A stretch of 64,000 bases of DNA from the human T2T-CHM13v2.0 reference genome, Homo sapiens. Shown one piece after another: positions 1-14,904 of this stretch; positions within the stretch are counted from its first letter, which is position 1; every line of letters starts with the position of its first letter. The position numbers were made by a program, and so were the translations under genes. The stretch lies in NCBI RefSeq assembly GCF_009914755.1, contig NC_060944.1; one strand, written 5' to 3'. Under the pieces are notes generated by a model. It ran no database searches, was not told the origin of the DNA, and saw nothing but the letters and a program-made list of their open reading frames with translations.

Positions 1-59
1 TATATTTTAGATATGCAGAATATGATCCATTTGTGAGCATAAAATGCACAGTGTTTAAG

Positions 60-680
60 AACTGTGATACAGTTTGGAGTTATTTTATATTTGGTTAGTC
101 ACATAAACTAGTGGAACTAAAATTGGTACAAGCTTTGTGCAGTACAATTAGCAGTATGTAGTGGAATCTTAAAAATGTTTATAATACTTGGTTCAATATA
201 CAACAGAAATGTACACACACGTTCACCAAAAGCAGCACCACTGGTAAGGGCCAAATCTAGAAACAACCCAATGTCCATCAGCTGTAAGGTAGGTAAATAA
301 ATTGTGATAAATTCCTAGCATGGAACAGGAGGCAACTGCAGGAATAAATAAACTCAAGTCACACACAACATGGATAAAACTCAAGCATAATGTTGAGGAA
401 AAAAGTCAGACACAAAAGAACATATTCTGTAGGATTCCATATACACCAACTTCAAAGACAAAACTAATCTGTGCTGTAGAAACCTGGATTTGGATTATAC
501 TTGGTGGGAGACAGGAACCAAAAAGGAAGGCTTCTGGGATGCTGGCCAAATTCTAACTTTGACCTAAGTGATGGATATTGAAGCACATTGACTTTGGGAA
601 AATTTACAAGGCTATACTTTTATGATTTATGCACTTTGATGCGTATATTTGCATTTCATCAAGAAATGCATAAAATATGC
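60..680 (+). mobile_element. Old L1 (L1MC/L1ME-type) 3' end fragment
   Basis: Degenerate L1 3' motifs: aaatctagaaacaacccaatgtccatca, aaaagtcagacacaaaagaacatattctgtaggattccat. Confidence 0.7.
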
Positions 681-727
681 GTAGAAAAATTACTTGAGGA
701 AAGTATTAAAAGAAAACAAAACATGGT

Positions 728-1102
728 TTGGTTTTGTTTTGTTTTTGAGACAAAGTCTCACTCTGCCACCCAGGCTGGAACACAGTGGTACAATCTCGGC
801 TGACCGCAACCTCCACCTCCCGGGTTCAAGCAATTCTCCTGCCTCAGCCTCCCAAATAGCTAGGATTACAAGCACGTGCCACCACACCCGGCTAATTTTG
901 TATTTTTAGTAGAGACGGTGATTCTCCACGTTGGCCAGGCTGGTCTCGAACTCCTGACCTCAGGTGATCCACCCGCTATTTTTAGTAGAGATGGTGATTC
1001 GCCATGTTGGCCAGGCTGGTCTCGAACTCCTGACCTCAGGTGATCCACCCGCCTCGGCCTCCCAAAGTTTGGGATTACAGGCGTGAGCCACTGTGCCCCT
1101 CC
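728..1102 (-). mobile_element. AluS with an internal 76-bp tandem duplication
   Basis: Reverse Alu consensus; TSD-like aacaaaacatg on both sides. Confidence 0.95.
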
Positions 1103-1135
1103 CAACAAAACATGTTTTTAAAAGATTTAGTTCTA

Positions 1136-1430
1136 GGCTGGGTGTGGTGGCTCACGCCTGTAATCCCAGTACCTGGGGAGGCCAAGGGGGGGGCGGATCA
1201 CCTGAGGTCGGGAGTTCGAGACCAGCCTGACCAACATGGAGAAACCCCATCTCTACTAAATATTACAAAATTAACCGCTGTGGTGGCGCGCACCTATAAT
1301 CCCAGCTACTCAGGAAGCTGAGGCAGGAAATTCGCTTGAACCCAGGAGGCGGAGGTTGCCGTGAGCCAAGGTTGCGCCATTGCACTCCAGCCTGGGCAAC
1401 AAGCGCGAAACTCTGTCTCAAAAAAAGAAA
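1136..1430 (+). mobile_element. AluS (Sp/Sq-like)
   Basis: Full Alu dimer; TSD aaagatttagtt at 1121 and 1428. Confidence 0.95.
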
Positions 1431-2224
1431 GATTTAGTTTCATGGGAAACAACACCATATTAATGCATACAACAAGAGACAGCAGTGTTCCTAGAATGTT
1501 GTTTAAAATAACGTAAATGAATGGACAAAAGGCAATGGTCTGTACCAATACATTAGCTGTGATTATATCTTGGTGGCTTATTTATAAATGATATTTGTGT
1601 CTTTATATAAGTGAGCATTACCTTTATACTTAAGAGCATAGTCTAAGGAACAGCCTCTCTCATCTACAGACTTTTTAAAAATAATAGTTTATGTGGATTT
1701 ATTTCTAATCGTAGGTTAGAACATCTAGAGCCTTATTTCCAAACTGCCTATAGCTGATATGCTGTAAACCACTTTTAAAGAAATAGAATTGCATCTGCCT
1801 CCAAGAATGCAGCAATTCCTTGGGATTATAAATTCTTAATGTAATAATTTATTATGCAACCATAATGAGTCAATTTGGGCCTGAAGGAAACCATTAAATA
1901 AATGTACCTGGTTTTCTCCATGGCCTCATTCTCAAAAGAGATCGAATGTCAGGAGAATAGACACAGTATAAGAAAAGGAAACATATTTCTATTGCTTAAA
2001 GACCTTAACATTTAATAACATAACTTATTATTCTAGTCTCAATGTTTATTCACTAGACATCTTATTTTCTATTCAGGTCTCTTGTTATTCACAGCATATA
2101 TTATTTCTGAATCTCTTGATAGTTTCAAATATTTATGGTAACATTTTTTGTTCCCAGAAGCAGGACATTCAATTCAAACCATGGAAACATGTGAACTATG
2201 ACTTGATCTAGGTCCATATAAATG

Positions 2225-2395
2225 ATAATTCACTGGAGTTAAGATACCATCAGTTGTAAAGCATCCTACGTTCATGTATTGCTAAAAAAGAAAAGCACTG
2301 ACCAACCATCATACCCCACCAACCATAAGATGCATCTTGATTTCGGAAATGTTAACATATTTTTAAAATGCACATTCTAGAATTGATTGAATATA
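2225..2395. mobile_element. Degenerate DNA transposon fragment (MER104/Tc2-like)
   Basis: taagatgcatcttgatttcggaaatgttaa...gcacattctagaattgattgaata resembles my recall of the consensus. Confidence 0.45.
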
Positions 2396-2414
2396 TCAGT
2401 AAAATACAGATTAG

Positions 2415-3392
<978 letters not shown>

Positions 3393-3699
3393 TCATAATC
3401 ATAATAATATAGTAAAGTGGGCTGCTAGTAAGCCTCTGGTGACTTTGTGCAAATTATATTAAGGTATCTTCCCTCAAGACACTTTACTGCTATATGCTTT
3501 TATGATAAATGTACCAGCTTATGATGTTTATACTGTAAATGATACCTTTTAGAAATGGTGTTGTAGAACCTGCACAGTTATTTTCTAAGCCTCCACAGGC
3601 ACAGTGCCAGAAACTGAGTTAAATACTTTCCATGAGTTCTTTTATTTCATCATCTTAACAACCCTATAAAGTTATAGAAGTATTATAATCCTTATAGCA

Positions 3700-4117
3700 A
3701 TGCTGTTGGTGCCCTGCCCAGATTCCTTGTACAGCTGGTGCACCCGTCTCCTGGCTGGTGGTGAGGGTTGGCTGTTAACAGCTCATAACTTCTCCTTCTC
3801 TGCAAAATTGCCCTCAACCAAAAGGAAGCCCCCTCTCCAGATGGTTATGCCTCCCTGCACTGAATGTTCCAAATATGCAAGAAGCTTGCCTTCTTGCCTC
3901 AAGATGAGACCAGCTCAGTGGTACAACTCACACTCCAGCACTTCCCCATGGGATCAGGCAGAGACCAGACTCCATCCTTCTGAGACCACACCCTTGCTCA
4001 GCTCCTTCCCCAGCCCCGTCTGCTTTCCTGGCTCCCCTACTCTGAGAGTCCCTCAGTAAATCACGTGCACCTGAATCCCCATCTTGCATTCTGCTTCTAG
4101 GGAACCCAAACTAAAAA
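3700..4117 (+). mobile_element. ERVL solo LTR (LTR16-like) between MIR-like fragments
   Basis: 3' end aaatcacgtgcacctgaatccccatcttgcattctgcttctagggaacccaaactaa is typical of LTR16; MIR-like sequence at about 3590-3698 and 4118-4245. Confidence 0.6.
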
Positions 4118-4325
4118 TATATGTATTCGAATGAAGCAATTGGGTCTCTGAGAAGTTTAGTAACATAGTCTCAAAGTTAGCAAGTGATAGAGCCAGACTG
4201 GAACCCAGGTAGAGCTGACATCAAGCTTTGCTCTTAAACTCTAGCTGGGCAAGATCAACCATTTCTTCCTAAGAAGGTAGCCGCTCTTCTTTCCATCTGG
4301 ATGTTCAGCCCTCCCATTCCCTTAG

Positions 4326-4568
<243 letters not shown>

Positions 4569-4903
4569 TAAGTTCAATGAATATTTTTAGTTGGTTTCAT
4601 AGCATGAAGAGTTGTTAACATGGATTTTTAATGTTTTATATCATATTTTTGGACCTGTACCATGGCAAGAAAACCACCTAACCTCCATTCTCCATAGCTT
4701 TTGTGGCACCTTAGCCCAGATTTGCTTGTGAATTGAATTTTTTTATTTAACCAAATTCTGAGAATAAATATGCAGGAAGTCCTCCTGTGAGTCTAGCCTG
4801 CGATCCCAATTCCAGTTAACTAACTTCCTATATTACAGCTGCCAATCTCATGGGTATGAGACTTTGCCTGGAGTACCTAGAACCTAGTTGGAGAGGCAGC
4901 TGA

Positions 4904-5200
<297 letters not shown>

Positions 5201-5329
5201 TAGAAAAGAGAAGCTTACTATCCTTTGCTACCCTGTCTGAAATCCATAATGCCCTACACAGGTGACTCTAATTTGGGCCTGGGTTCCCACAGCCCCATAT
5301 ACCCAAACCTTGATGATGAGAAGCATCTC

Positions 5330-6550
5330 TCACACATTCACTTAATTAATATTTTTTGAGTGCCTACTGTGCCCTGGGGACACAGCAATAAACATGACCT
5401 ACCCAATCATCTCAAATAGTAACATGGTAATGTGGGAAACATAAATAATAAACAACAAACACACAGCATCATCTCAGGCTGTGATGAGGACTATCAAGGA
5501 AAGAAAGAAACAGGACCATGGGGTAGAGAATGACTGGAGATAGGAGATCCCTTCTGACATGTTGATCTGCAATAAGGTAGCACAGAAAGAATAAAGCCTG
5601 GTCAGCTATGGAAAGAACTAGGGAGACTTACTCCAGGCTGAGGAAACAGCAAGTGCAAAGGCCCTCAGGCAGGAAAAAAATGTGCTTGTTCCAGGAACAG
5701 TAAAGCTGGCAAAGTGGGTGAAACATTGTAAACCATGAGAGGAGTGAAACAGGATGAGATCAGAGAAACAGGAGGGAATCCCACTGCTAGGTTCTTTAGA
5801 GCTGGAGCAAGCAACAGTTCAAAATGTATCGAACGTGCAATAAGATTCTACTGAAGAAAGAAATTGATATGGCGAAATTTGAGAGTCTCAGAGCAATGAC
5901 TCTAGCTGCTGTGTGGAAGAGGGACCCTCAAGCTGTGCATCTCAAATGGACATGAGTCACTGGGGATCTTGTTAGGTGCAGGTTCTGCTCCATGTCTGAA
6001 TTGGGGCCTGAGCAGCACCAGGTGATGCTGATTCTGCAGTTCCATGGACAACACTCTGAGTAGTGAAGATCAAGGACTCAGAGTGAAAGCAGGAGACCAG
6101 TTAGGAAACTTTTTCATGAGTCCAGCTGAGTAATGATGGTGGTTTGGTCTAGGATGACGCTGGTAGACATGGAGAGAAGGGGATGAATTCTTGATTTGTT
6201 TTAAAAAGATCGTAAAATATGGGGTCAGAGGCCTGGAAGAGAGAAGCCTGCTTGTATGTCTCTGCAATTCCCAGGTGTCCTTTAGAGAATGAAACTCATG
6301 CTGTTACCCACACCAAATGTGTTCATGAAACTCCATTATCTAGCCTAGATCAGTGCATCTCAAATTTCAGTGTGCATGTGAATCACTTGCAGCATTTGCT
6401 AAACACAGACCCTCGGGACCTGACCCTAGAGTTTCTGCCTCAGGGGCCTCCTTCGGTAGGGACTGAGCTTCTGAGCTTCTAACGAGCTCCTAAGGTTTGC
6501 TGATGCTGCTGGTCCACAGACTTTCCACTGATGGGCCCTGGTCTATAATC
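5330..6550. mobile_element. L2 remnants (minus strand) with MER5-type hAT fossils at about 5925-6070 and 6345-6550
   Basis: L2 3' motif attttttgagtgcctactgtg; MER5 motifs caggtgatgctgat and gatgctgctggtccacagac. Confidence 0.6.
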
Positions 6551-6996
6551 ATTCAGGAGCATCCTAGAAATTGAAGGGTGGCTGAAAGGCTTTCTTTGGT
6601 CTAATCCCTGCCTCCCTTCCCAGCTGCCATCTCCCAGCACTTCATATGAAAACCTGTACTTTCTCCCGAGTTCCCACCATGATGAGATAGGGCAGTTAGG
6701 ATTCTCTGGGCTCAGGGCCCTTCTTCAATTGCAAGACTCTTGTGTGAACAATGCAGACGCTGCCTCTAAACTCCAACAAAGACCTGCTTCCAAATGTGAG
6801 GATGCCGTGTGGATTTCAGAGTGTCACCCGCTCTCAGAACCCCACATGTGGACTGCGCATCATAGCTTATCATGGGACTTTGTGGACACAGGGTCTGACG
6901 GACCACAGGGGGCTTCCTCTCTTGAACCCTGTCGAGGGCTGTTCCCAGTTCTGGAATAGCATTTCATTGAGTGTCAACAAAGTACTGGGCATATGT

Positions 6997-7756
6997 GTCA
7001 TATCAGTTTCCTAGGATTGCTGTAAAAAGTACAGCAAACTGGATGGCTTAAAACAATAAAAATGTATTTTCTCACAGTTTTGGAGGCTAGAAATTCAAAA
7101 TCAAGGTGTTGGCTGGGCGCAATGGCTCACTCCTGTAATCCCAGCACTTTGGGAGGCTAAGGTGGGAGGATCACTTGAGACCAGCCTGGGCAACATGGTG
7201 AAACCCCATCTCTACTAAAAATATGAAAATTAGCCAGGCATGGTGGCACACACCTGTAATCCCAGCTACTTGGGAGGCTGAGGTAGGAGGATTGCTTGAA
7301 CCAGGAGATGGAGGTTGCAGTGAGCCGAGATGGTGCCACTGCACTCCAGCCTGGGCAACAGAGAAGGACTCTGTCTCAAGACAAAACAAAACAAAACAAA
7401 AAAACAAAATCAAGGTGTTAGTGGACTATGCGCTCTCTGAAAAGTCTAGGGGAAGAAACTTTTTTTTTTGTTTCTTCTAACTTCTGGTGGTTGCTGTCAA
7501 TCTTTGGCATTCCTTGGCTGACAGACATATCACTCCAGTCTCTACCTCCATTATCACATGAATTCTCCCTGCGTAGGTGTGTCTTGGTCCAAATTTCCCT
7601 CTTCTAATGACAGACACCAGGCATTAGATTCAGGTCCACCCTAATCCACCATGACCTCATTCTATTACATTTGCAACAACCTCTTTCCAAATTAGATCAC
7701 AGGCTGAGGTTCTGGGCAGAAGCTGAAGTTTACCGGGATGTTATTTAACCCAGTAC
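6997..7756 (-). mobile_element. MLT1 (MaLR) solo LTR interrupted by an Alu
   Basis: atcagtttcctaggattgctgtaaaaagtacagcaaactggatggcttaaaaca...; sequence resumes after the Alu. Confidence 0.8.
7111..7405 (+). mobile_element. Alu with short left-arm deletion
   Basis: TSD aaaatcaaggtgtt on both sides; gatcacttgagaccagcc lacks the ggtcaggagttcga segment. Confidence 0.95.
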
Positions 7757-9137
7757 ATGTGCTAATCACTTCTATGTACTATTCCATATATTTCTCACAG
7801 CAGCACTGTGAAGTAAGTACAGGCATCACCCACATTGGATAAGAGAGGACCTAAAACTCATTGAGGCCAAGTAACCTGGCCAGGGGCACATGCAACACAC
7901 AAGGCCATAGTGACAGTGAGGTCATGGCGTGGTGCCCCCTGAGATACTACTTGTGTCAGATGACATAGCAGATCTGGAATCTGCATCTCTGTAGACCTGT
8001 GACTGCTTCTGGTCCGTATACTTATAATCTTCTATCTCTATACAACAAAACAAACAGATGCATGAAATAAATATGCCCAAATAAATTCCCTCATTAACTA
8101 TCCCTAATGTTAGGAGATTTCTCTTCTAAATTTAGATTCCTGAAATTTCTTTGAATATCTTTTGCAGGTATATAGTATGAACTTCTTGACAATAAATAAT
8201 GTTTTGCAACATGAAGTTCTCTAATCAACAGCATTAATTTTTACATAAAAATCTTTTCTTCAAAGTTGAATAATTAGGGAAATGGAAATAAATGCAGTGG
8301 ATTTAAATTTTGTTGCTATCTTTTGAGGTCACAGACAGTTCTTGTCTTCCTCAGGGCTTATTTAGCTGTCAAGAATATTTTTAATTTCAGATATTTAGTG
8401 AGCATTAACAGAGCGTTGTGTAAGACATTGCTCTTAAGTATCTTTAAACATCAACTCATAACATTTTTAAAATAAAAATTAACATTTTATTTTTAAAATA
8501 AAATGTTATTTGTGGTTTTAAAAAAAAGTGTATCGTTTAGAAGACATAACTTTCAAAAGCAAAAGTATCCCTTAGTTCTATTTCTATATATATATATAGC
8601 ATTTTAATGAATTGTAGCATCAAGAGAAGTGAAAAAAAGCCTTTTAAGTTTAAATTATTGCTCCACTTAATTTTCTATACTATAGTATATAAATTACTCT
8701 TATCAGATAGCCTATTTTTCATATGTTGGCTAACCAATGGACAACGTATTGCCAAAGATAATCCAACGACCTTCACAGCTCTAGGAAATCTTATGTAGAA
8801 TTGGTTGTACATTTACTGAAAACTTTTTTGGAATCATTGTCATCAGCTGTCTCAGTAAAGATTATCTCAAAAGCTTGACTGATAATAATTGCCACTGAGA
8901 AATAAAATTTCATTCTTTAACTGAAAACTTTATTAATTACCCTGAAACTATGTAAGTATGTAAGTGACCTGTCAATGAGCAAAGTATAAGACATATTACA
9001 TCCTTCCTTTACTGAATAATCTTCTTTTGATGCCAAGTTATAGAGATAAGATGCATTTTTTAGATTTATATTGTGACATATGATTTAACACATGCTTAAA
9101 TTGAAAGCACTATCAAAACCTAATACTTGGGCTTTAA

Positions 9138-9460
<323 letters not shown>

Positions 9461-9637
9461 AAAATCATCATTTCTTAAGCCTGGAGGATCCTTAAAGGCC
9501 ATCTAGGTGATATTTGTCACTTTTTCAAGGAGGAAGCTGAAAGCTAAAGGTATTACCATTTACCTGTAGTTACACAGCCAGTTCAAGCAAAGCTTGGCCT
9601 AAAACTTCTCCTGAATTTCTGCTTTAGTCTTATGTAC

Positions 9638-10110
9638 TATGAACCCCAAAAATCTGAGACAGTTAATTTAGCAAGTTTATTTAGTAAGTTCATTTTTCCA
9701 AGGTTCAGGACGTGCGCCTGTGACAGCCTCAGGAGGTCCAGATGACATGTGCCCAAGGTGTTCAGAGCAGTTTGTTTTTATACATTCTAGGGAGACATGA
9801 GACATCACTCAACCTATGCAAGATGAACACTGGTTCTATCTGGAAAGGCGGGACAACTCGAAGCAAAGGCAGGAAGATGGGAAGCCGGGAGGGGGTTTCC
9901 AGGTCATAGGTAGATAAGAGACAAATGGTTGCATTCTTCTGAGTTTCTGATTAGCCTCTTGGAAGGAGACAATCAGATATGCATTTATCTCAGTGAGCAG
10001 AGGCATGACTTTGAATAGAATGGGAGGCAGGTTGGCCCTAAGCCATTCCCATCTTGACTTTTCCCTTTAGCTTAGTGATTTGGGGCCCCAAGATTTATTT
10101 TCCTTTCACT
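9638..10110 (-). mobile_element. ERV1 solo LTR, MER4A1-like
   Basis: Reverse complement begins gtgaaaggaaaataaatcttggggcccca; 4-bp TSD gtac at 9634-9637 and 10111-10114. Confidence 0.85.
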
Positions 10111-10277
10111 GTACATATTTGTTTATTCATTTTTGTATTTACTTGTAAGTCATATCCTGCAAACTTCCAGTAGAATATTGAAGGTAACATCATAGAAGAT
10201 TTGTATGTAAAAATCCCATGAAAATAGAAAGAGAAACAACACACATGCGTAGACTAAGCTTTGGACAAATTATCTAG

Positions 10278-10612
10278 ACCTGCTGCCCAATACAGGAGCC
10301 ACTAGCTACCTACCAGTGGCTCTTGAGTCCTTGAAATATTGCTCGTGAGATGTGTTATAACTACAAAATACACACCAGATATCTAAGACTTCACTTTTTT
10401 AAAAAAGAATGTAAAATAGCTACAACATATCTGTTGATTTTAATTACATGTTGAAATGATATTTTGGATATATTAAGTTAAATAAAATATATTATTAAAA
10501 TTAATTTCACTCACTTATTTTTACTTTTTAAAGTGACTACTAATAGTTTGAAATTACATATGTGAAGGGAATCACATATGTGGTTCTCATTCTGTTTCTA
10601 CCAGACAGCGCC
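10278..10612. mobile_element. MER33-like hAT-Charlie fossil
   Basis: aaaatacacaccagat, attacatgttgaaatgatattttggatatatt, attaaaattaatttcac. Confidence 0.7.
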
Positions 10613-11069
10613 AGCCATTTAATGTCATCTCTGTCCTTGAACACTGAATTCAGCTCTTAGCTTCTGAGAAAAGGAGTATGGGTTTGATAATTCTCCTCAT
10701 CTGATTAAAGGAAACTTGCTGACTCTTCCAAGAGAGACAAGCGTTTTCCTAGTATTAAATTGCCAGAGATTTAATTTCATGGATCTTATACAAGCAGCAG
10801 AGGGGATAATGCCTTCAACTTTGTTTTTATAGAAGATGCAGAGACGTTGTTCACTTGTTTTTTTCTTGTATTGTCCTTTAAAACAAAACAAAACCAAAAA
10901 ATCCCTTAGTACATAGTATCTAAAGATACGTCATGAGGAGCTTTTCTTCAAGTGGCAAAGCCAGTGGGTCTGATTATGTCTACCTGTCTTCCATCTCTCT
11001 TGATATGCAATAAAATCCTGAAAACACCTCAGATAAATGAATGGATGGGCATTATGTACATTGAATTTG

Positions 11070-11413
11070 TTTCCTTCCTTCCTTCGTTCCTTCCTTCCTT
11101 CATTCCTTCCTTCCTTCCTTCCTTCCTTTCGACAGGGTCTTGCTCTTTTGCTCAGGCTGGAGTGCAGTGGCATGATCACAACTCACTGCAGTCTCGACCT
11201 CCTGGGCTCAATGAATCCTCCTGCCACAGACTCCCGGGTAGCTGGAACTAGTCGCATGCCACTAGGCCCGGTTAATTTTTTTTTTTTTTTTTTTTTTTAG
11301 AGGTGGGGTCTCACTACCCAGGCTGACTTTGAACTTCTGGGTTCAAGTGATCTGCCCACCTCGGCCCCCAAAAGTGCTGGAATTACAGGCGTGAGCCACC
11401 AGCACACCAGGCC
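11070..11413 (-). mobile_element. AluJ with (TTCC)n tail-derived microsatellite (11070-11130)
   Basis: Diverged reverse Alu; ttcc repeats; expanded middle poly-T. Confidence 0.9.
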
Positions 11414-11822
11414 TGTTCCTAATACTCTGTCTTTCCCTGTTTCCTACAGATGATAATATAGAGTACAAAATTGGAATGAATCACACCAATTTCTTTAATA
11501 TTCATCATCTCAAGTGAGCTTTCTACATAATGTGAAGAACAGGTTACTCAAAAATAGTTTTGGTCCAGACATGGCATGCAGTCATGCTGTGTTGCTCTTA
11601 AGAGCACAGGTGTTGCCCTTCTGCCCCTGTAATTTTTGACCTTGGGCAAGTTGCACTACTGCACCTCCATGCTGTGTCCTTGGCCAATTATCTCACAGAG
11701 CCGTGGTTTCCTCAAATGTAAGCTGGTGATGGGTATACCGACTTACTCGGATACGAGTGTGCCCGGCATATGGGGGGATGGTTGGCAATGAGAGCTACCT
11801 CTGCTAGAGTGGTTGGAACTGA

Positions 11823-12190
<368 letters not shown>

Positions 12191-12921
12191 TAATTCAATG
12201 TTAACTATGTCATGCCAAGAGGAAAGTTTCCCTCAACACTGCAGTGAGGAGCCTTATAGAATGTCCGTCCTCATTTGGCATTGCACATAAAAATGCAAAA
12301 AGAAACTTGAGAAAATTCCGCATCCCTTATTTGACAAAATCTGATTCTAACACCAGCTTCAACCAACTCCCTTCCCCATGTGATGCCACTGATGCTGGCC
12401 CAATTCAAAGAAAAAGCAACCAGAATTACTGACAGCTGATTCTAAGAAACTTTACCTGGCCTATCGGACCACAAGTGAAAAATATGGAGGCAGAGTCTGA
12501 TGTGTTGAATGTCTTAGGTAGTCTTTCAGGAAGGGATTCCATATAAATGAAAAGAGCATACCTACTCTTTGTACCCTGTTCCCAATACTCTGTCTTTCTT
12601 TCCACTGTTTCCTACAGGTGATAATACAGAGTACAAAATTGGAAGGACTCACACCATAAGTTAATGATAATTGCTTTAATTTATTTTGACATTCACCCTA
12701 ACCTTCTAAATATTTGTATAATTCTCTAAGAACAATGCAGAGAAAGTCATACTGCTAAAAGGAAGCATTTGAAATATTTTAGAATGAACTAACGCATCTC
12801 TTTCCCCTTGTAAGCTTTGTGTGGAAAGTGCCATTTGGGTAAAGATATCAGTGAAGTTGGTGAAGCCTCCAAAGGGCCTTATTTTCATTGTGTGTCTTTG
12901 CTGTTAAAAATCTTGTTAAGA

Positions 12922-13256
<335 letters not shown>

Positions 13257-13652
13257 TTATCTGCACACGGCATCTACACGTGCTCTCTGTTTATAATCAT
13301 CACCCCTGATGCTAAACAAGGCACATCTTTAGCTTCCTCTAACAAAGTCTACTCAATGCAGTGTCCTCTGAAGTTTTCATACGGGAAAGGTAACTGGGAA
13401 TGCCATTACACTTGTCACATTTTAAAATAACAAAAAAGATTAAAACCTGAAAATTTTTTATTAGACACTGTTTTTCCCAAACGGAGATTATTCTCACCAC
13501 TGCCATGCCTAGGGCCCCCAGCCTCTTTGCTTTTCTTTCTGCCCCTGCCTCTTTCTAGAGCAACATGAATTCCATTCAGTCTCTGGGATTGGAGACACTC
13601 TATTGCTAAGCTTGTCCTTGGGGTCTCACCCTCTACCCCAAGTGGCTTATGA

Positions 13653-13994
<342 letters not shown>

Positions 13995-14904
13995 TAGGAA
14001 ACTTTGGATACTTTTGGATAACTAAAAGGAGACAAGGGTGGGTGTGACTGGCACCAACTTGAGAGATTGTTTAGGTGACACAGTGTCCATCACACTATTG
14101 TTTTTATAAGCCCCACTGTCTTAACATCTTTACCAAGCTTCTCTGTCTTCTGCCAATAAGGCTGTATTTTATCATTTTTATTTTCACTAACTTATGTTGA
14201 GTTTATAATTGCTTTTGGGAATCTTTGAAATCTCATAAGCAAATAGAAAACACTTATCTTTGTTTAAGAAATTAAGAACATGTTGCAAACAAATTTTCCC
14301 TTTTTTTTTTTTTGGTAGCACTGGGCTTTGTAAGAATTTTTTTAAAATTATACAGTACACTGTCCTATATTTAGAAAAGTCAGTACCTAAATGGCCAACA
14401 CGGAATGTTGGCTACCCAATTCATAAGGCTCCCTATGAAAGGAAATGCCATCCTCACCATTAATAATCAGTTTTATTTTCCAAAATGTTTTCTCACGAAT
14501 TGAGACATTCTCTCCATTTTTGTTGATTCCTTGATACATAGTAGGGACACAATAAATATTTGTGACAGATAGATTAGATAAATTTAGCAACAAAATATCC
14601 TTGAAAACAAGCTTATGCCAAAACCAAAGAAATAAGTAAGCTTGATAGAAATTAAGGTAGTGTATCCAGAAGAAATGGGTTTTAAGAGATATTTGTATAA
14701 GCTGTCTATTTCTTTGCTGAGGGTCTGTGCATATAAGAGAATTCTGAGCAGCTTCAGCTTGTAAGGTTGGAAGCCTATAGATGATTTAGCCATCACTGTA
14801 TAATAGGTGATTCAGTGTAATTCTGTTGTTCTAGGACAACAGTCCCCAGTGACTGTATGCAATGAGTAGATCAAAATCACATGAATTGCTTATTGAAAAT
14901 CAAA

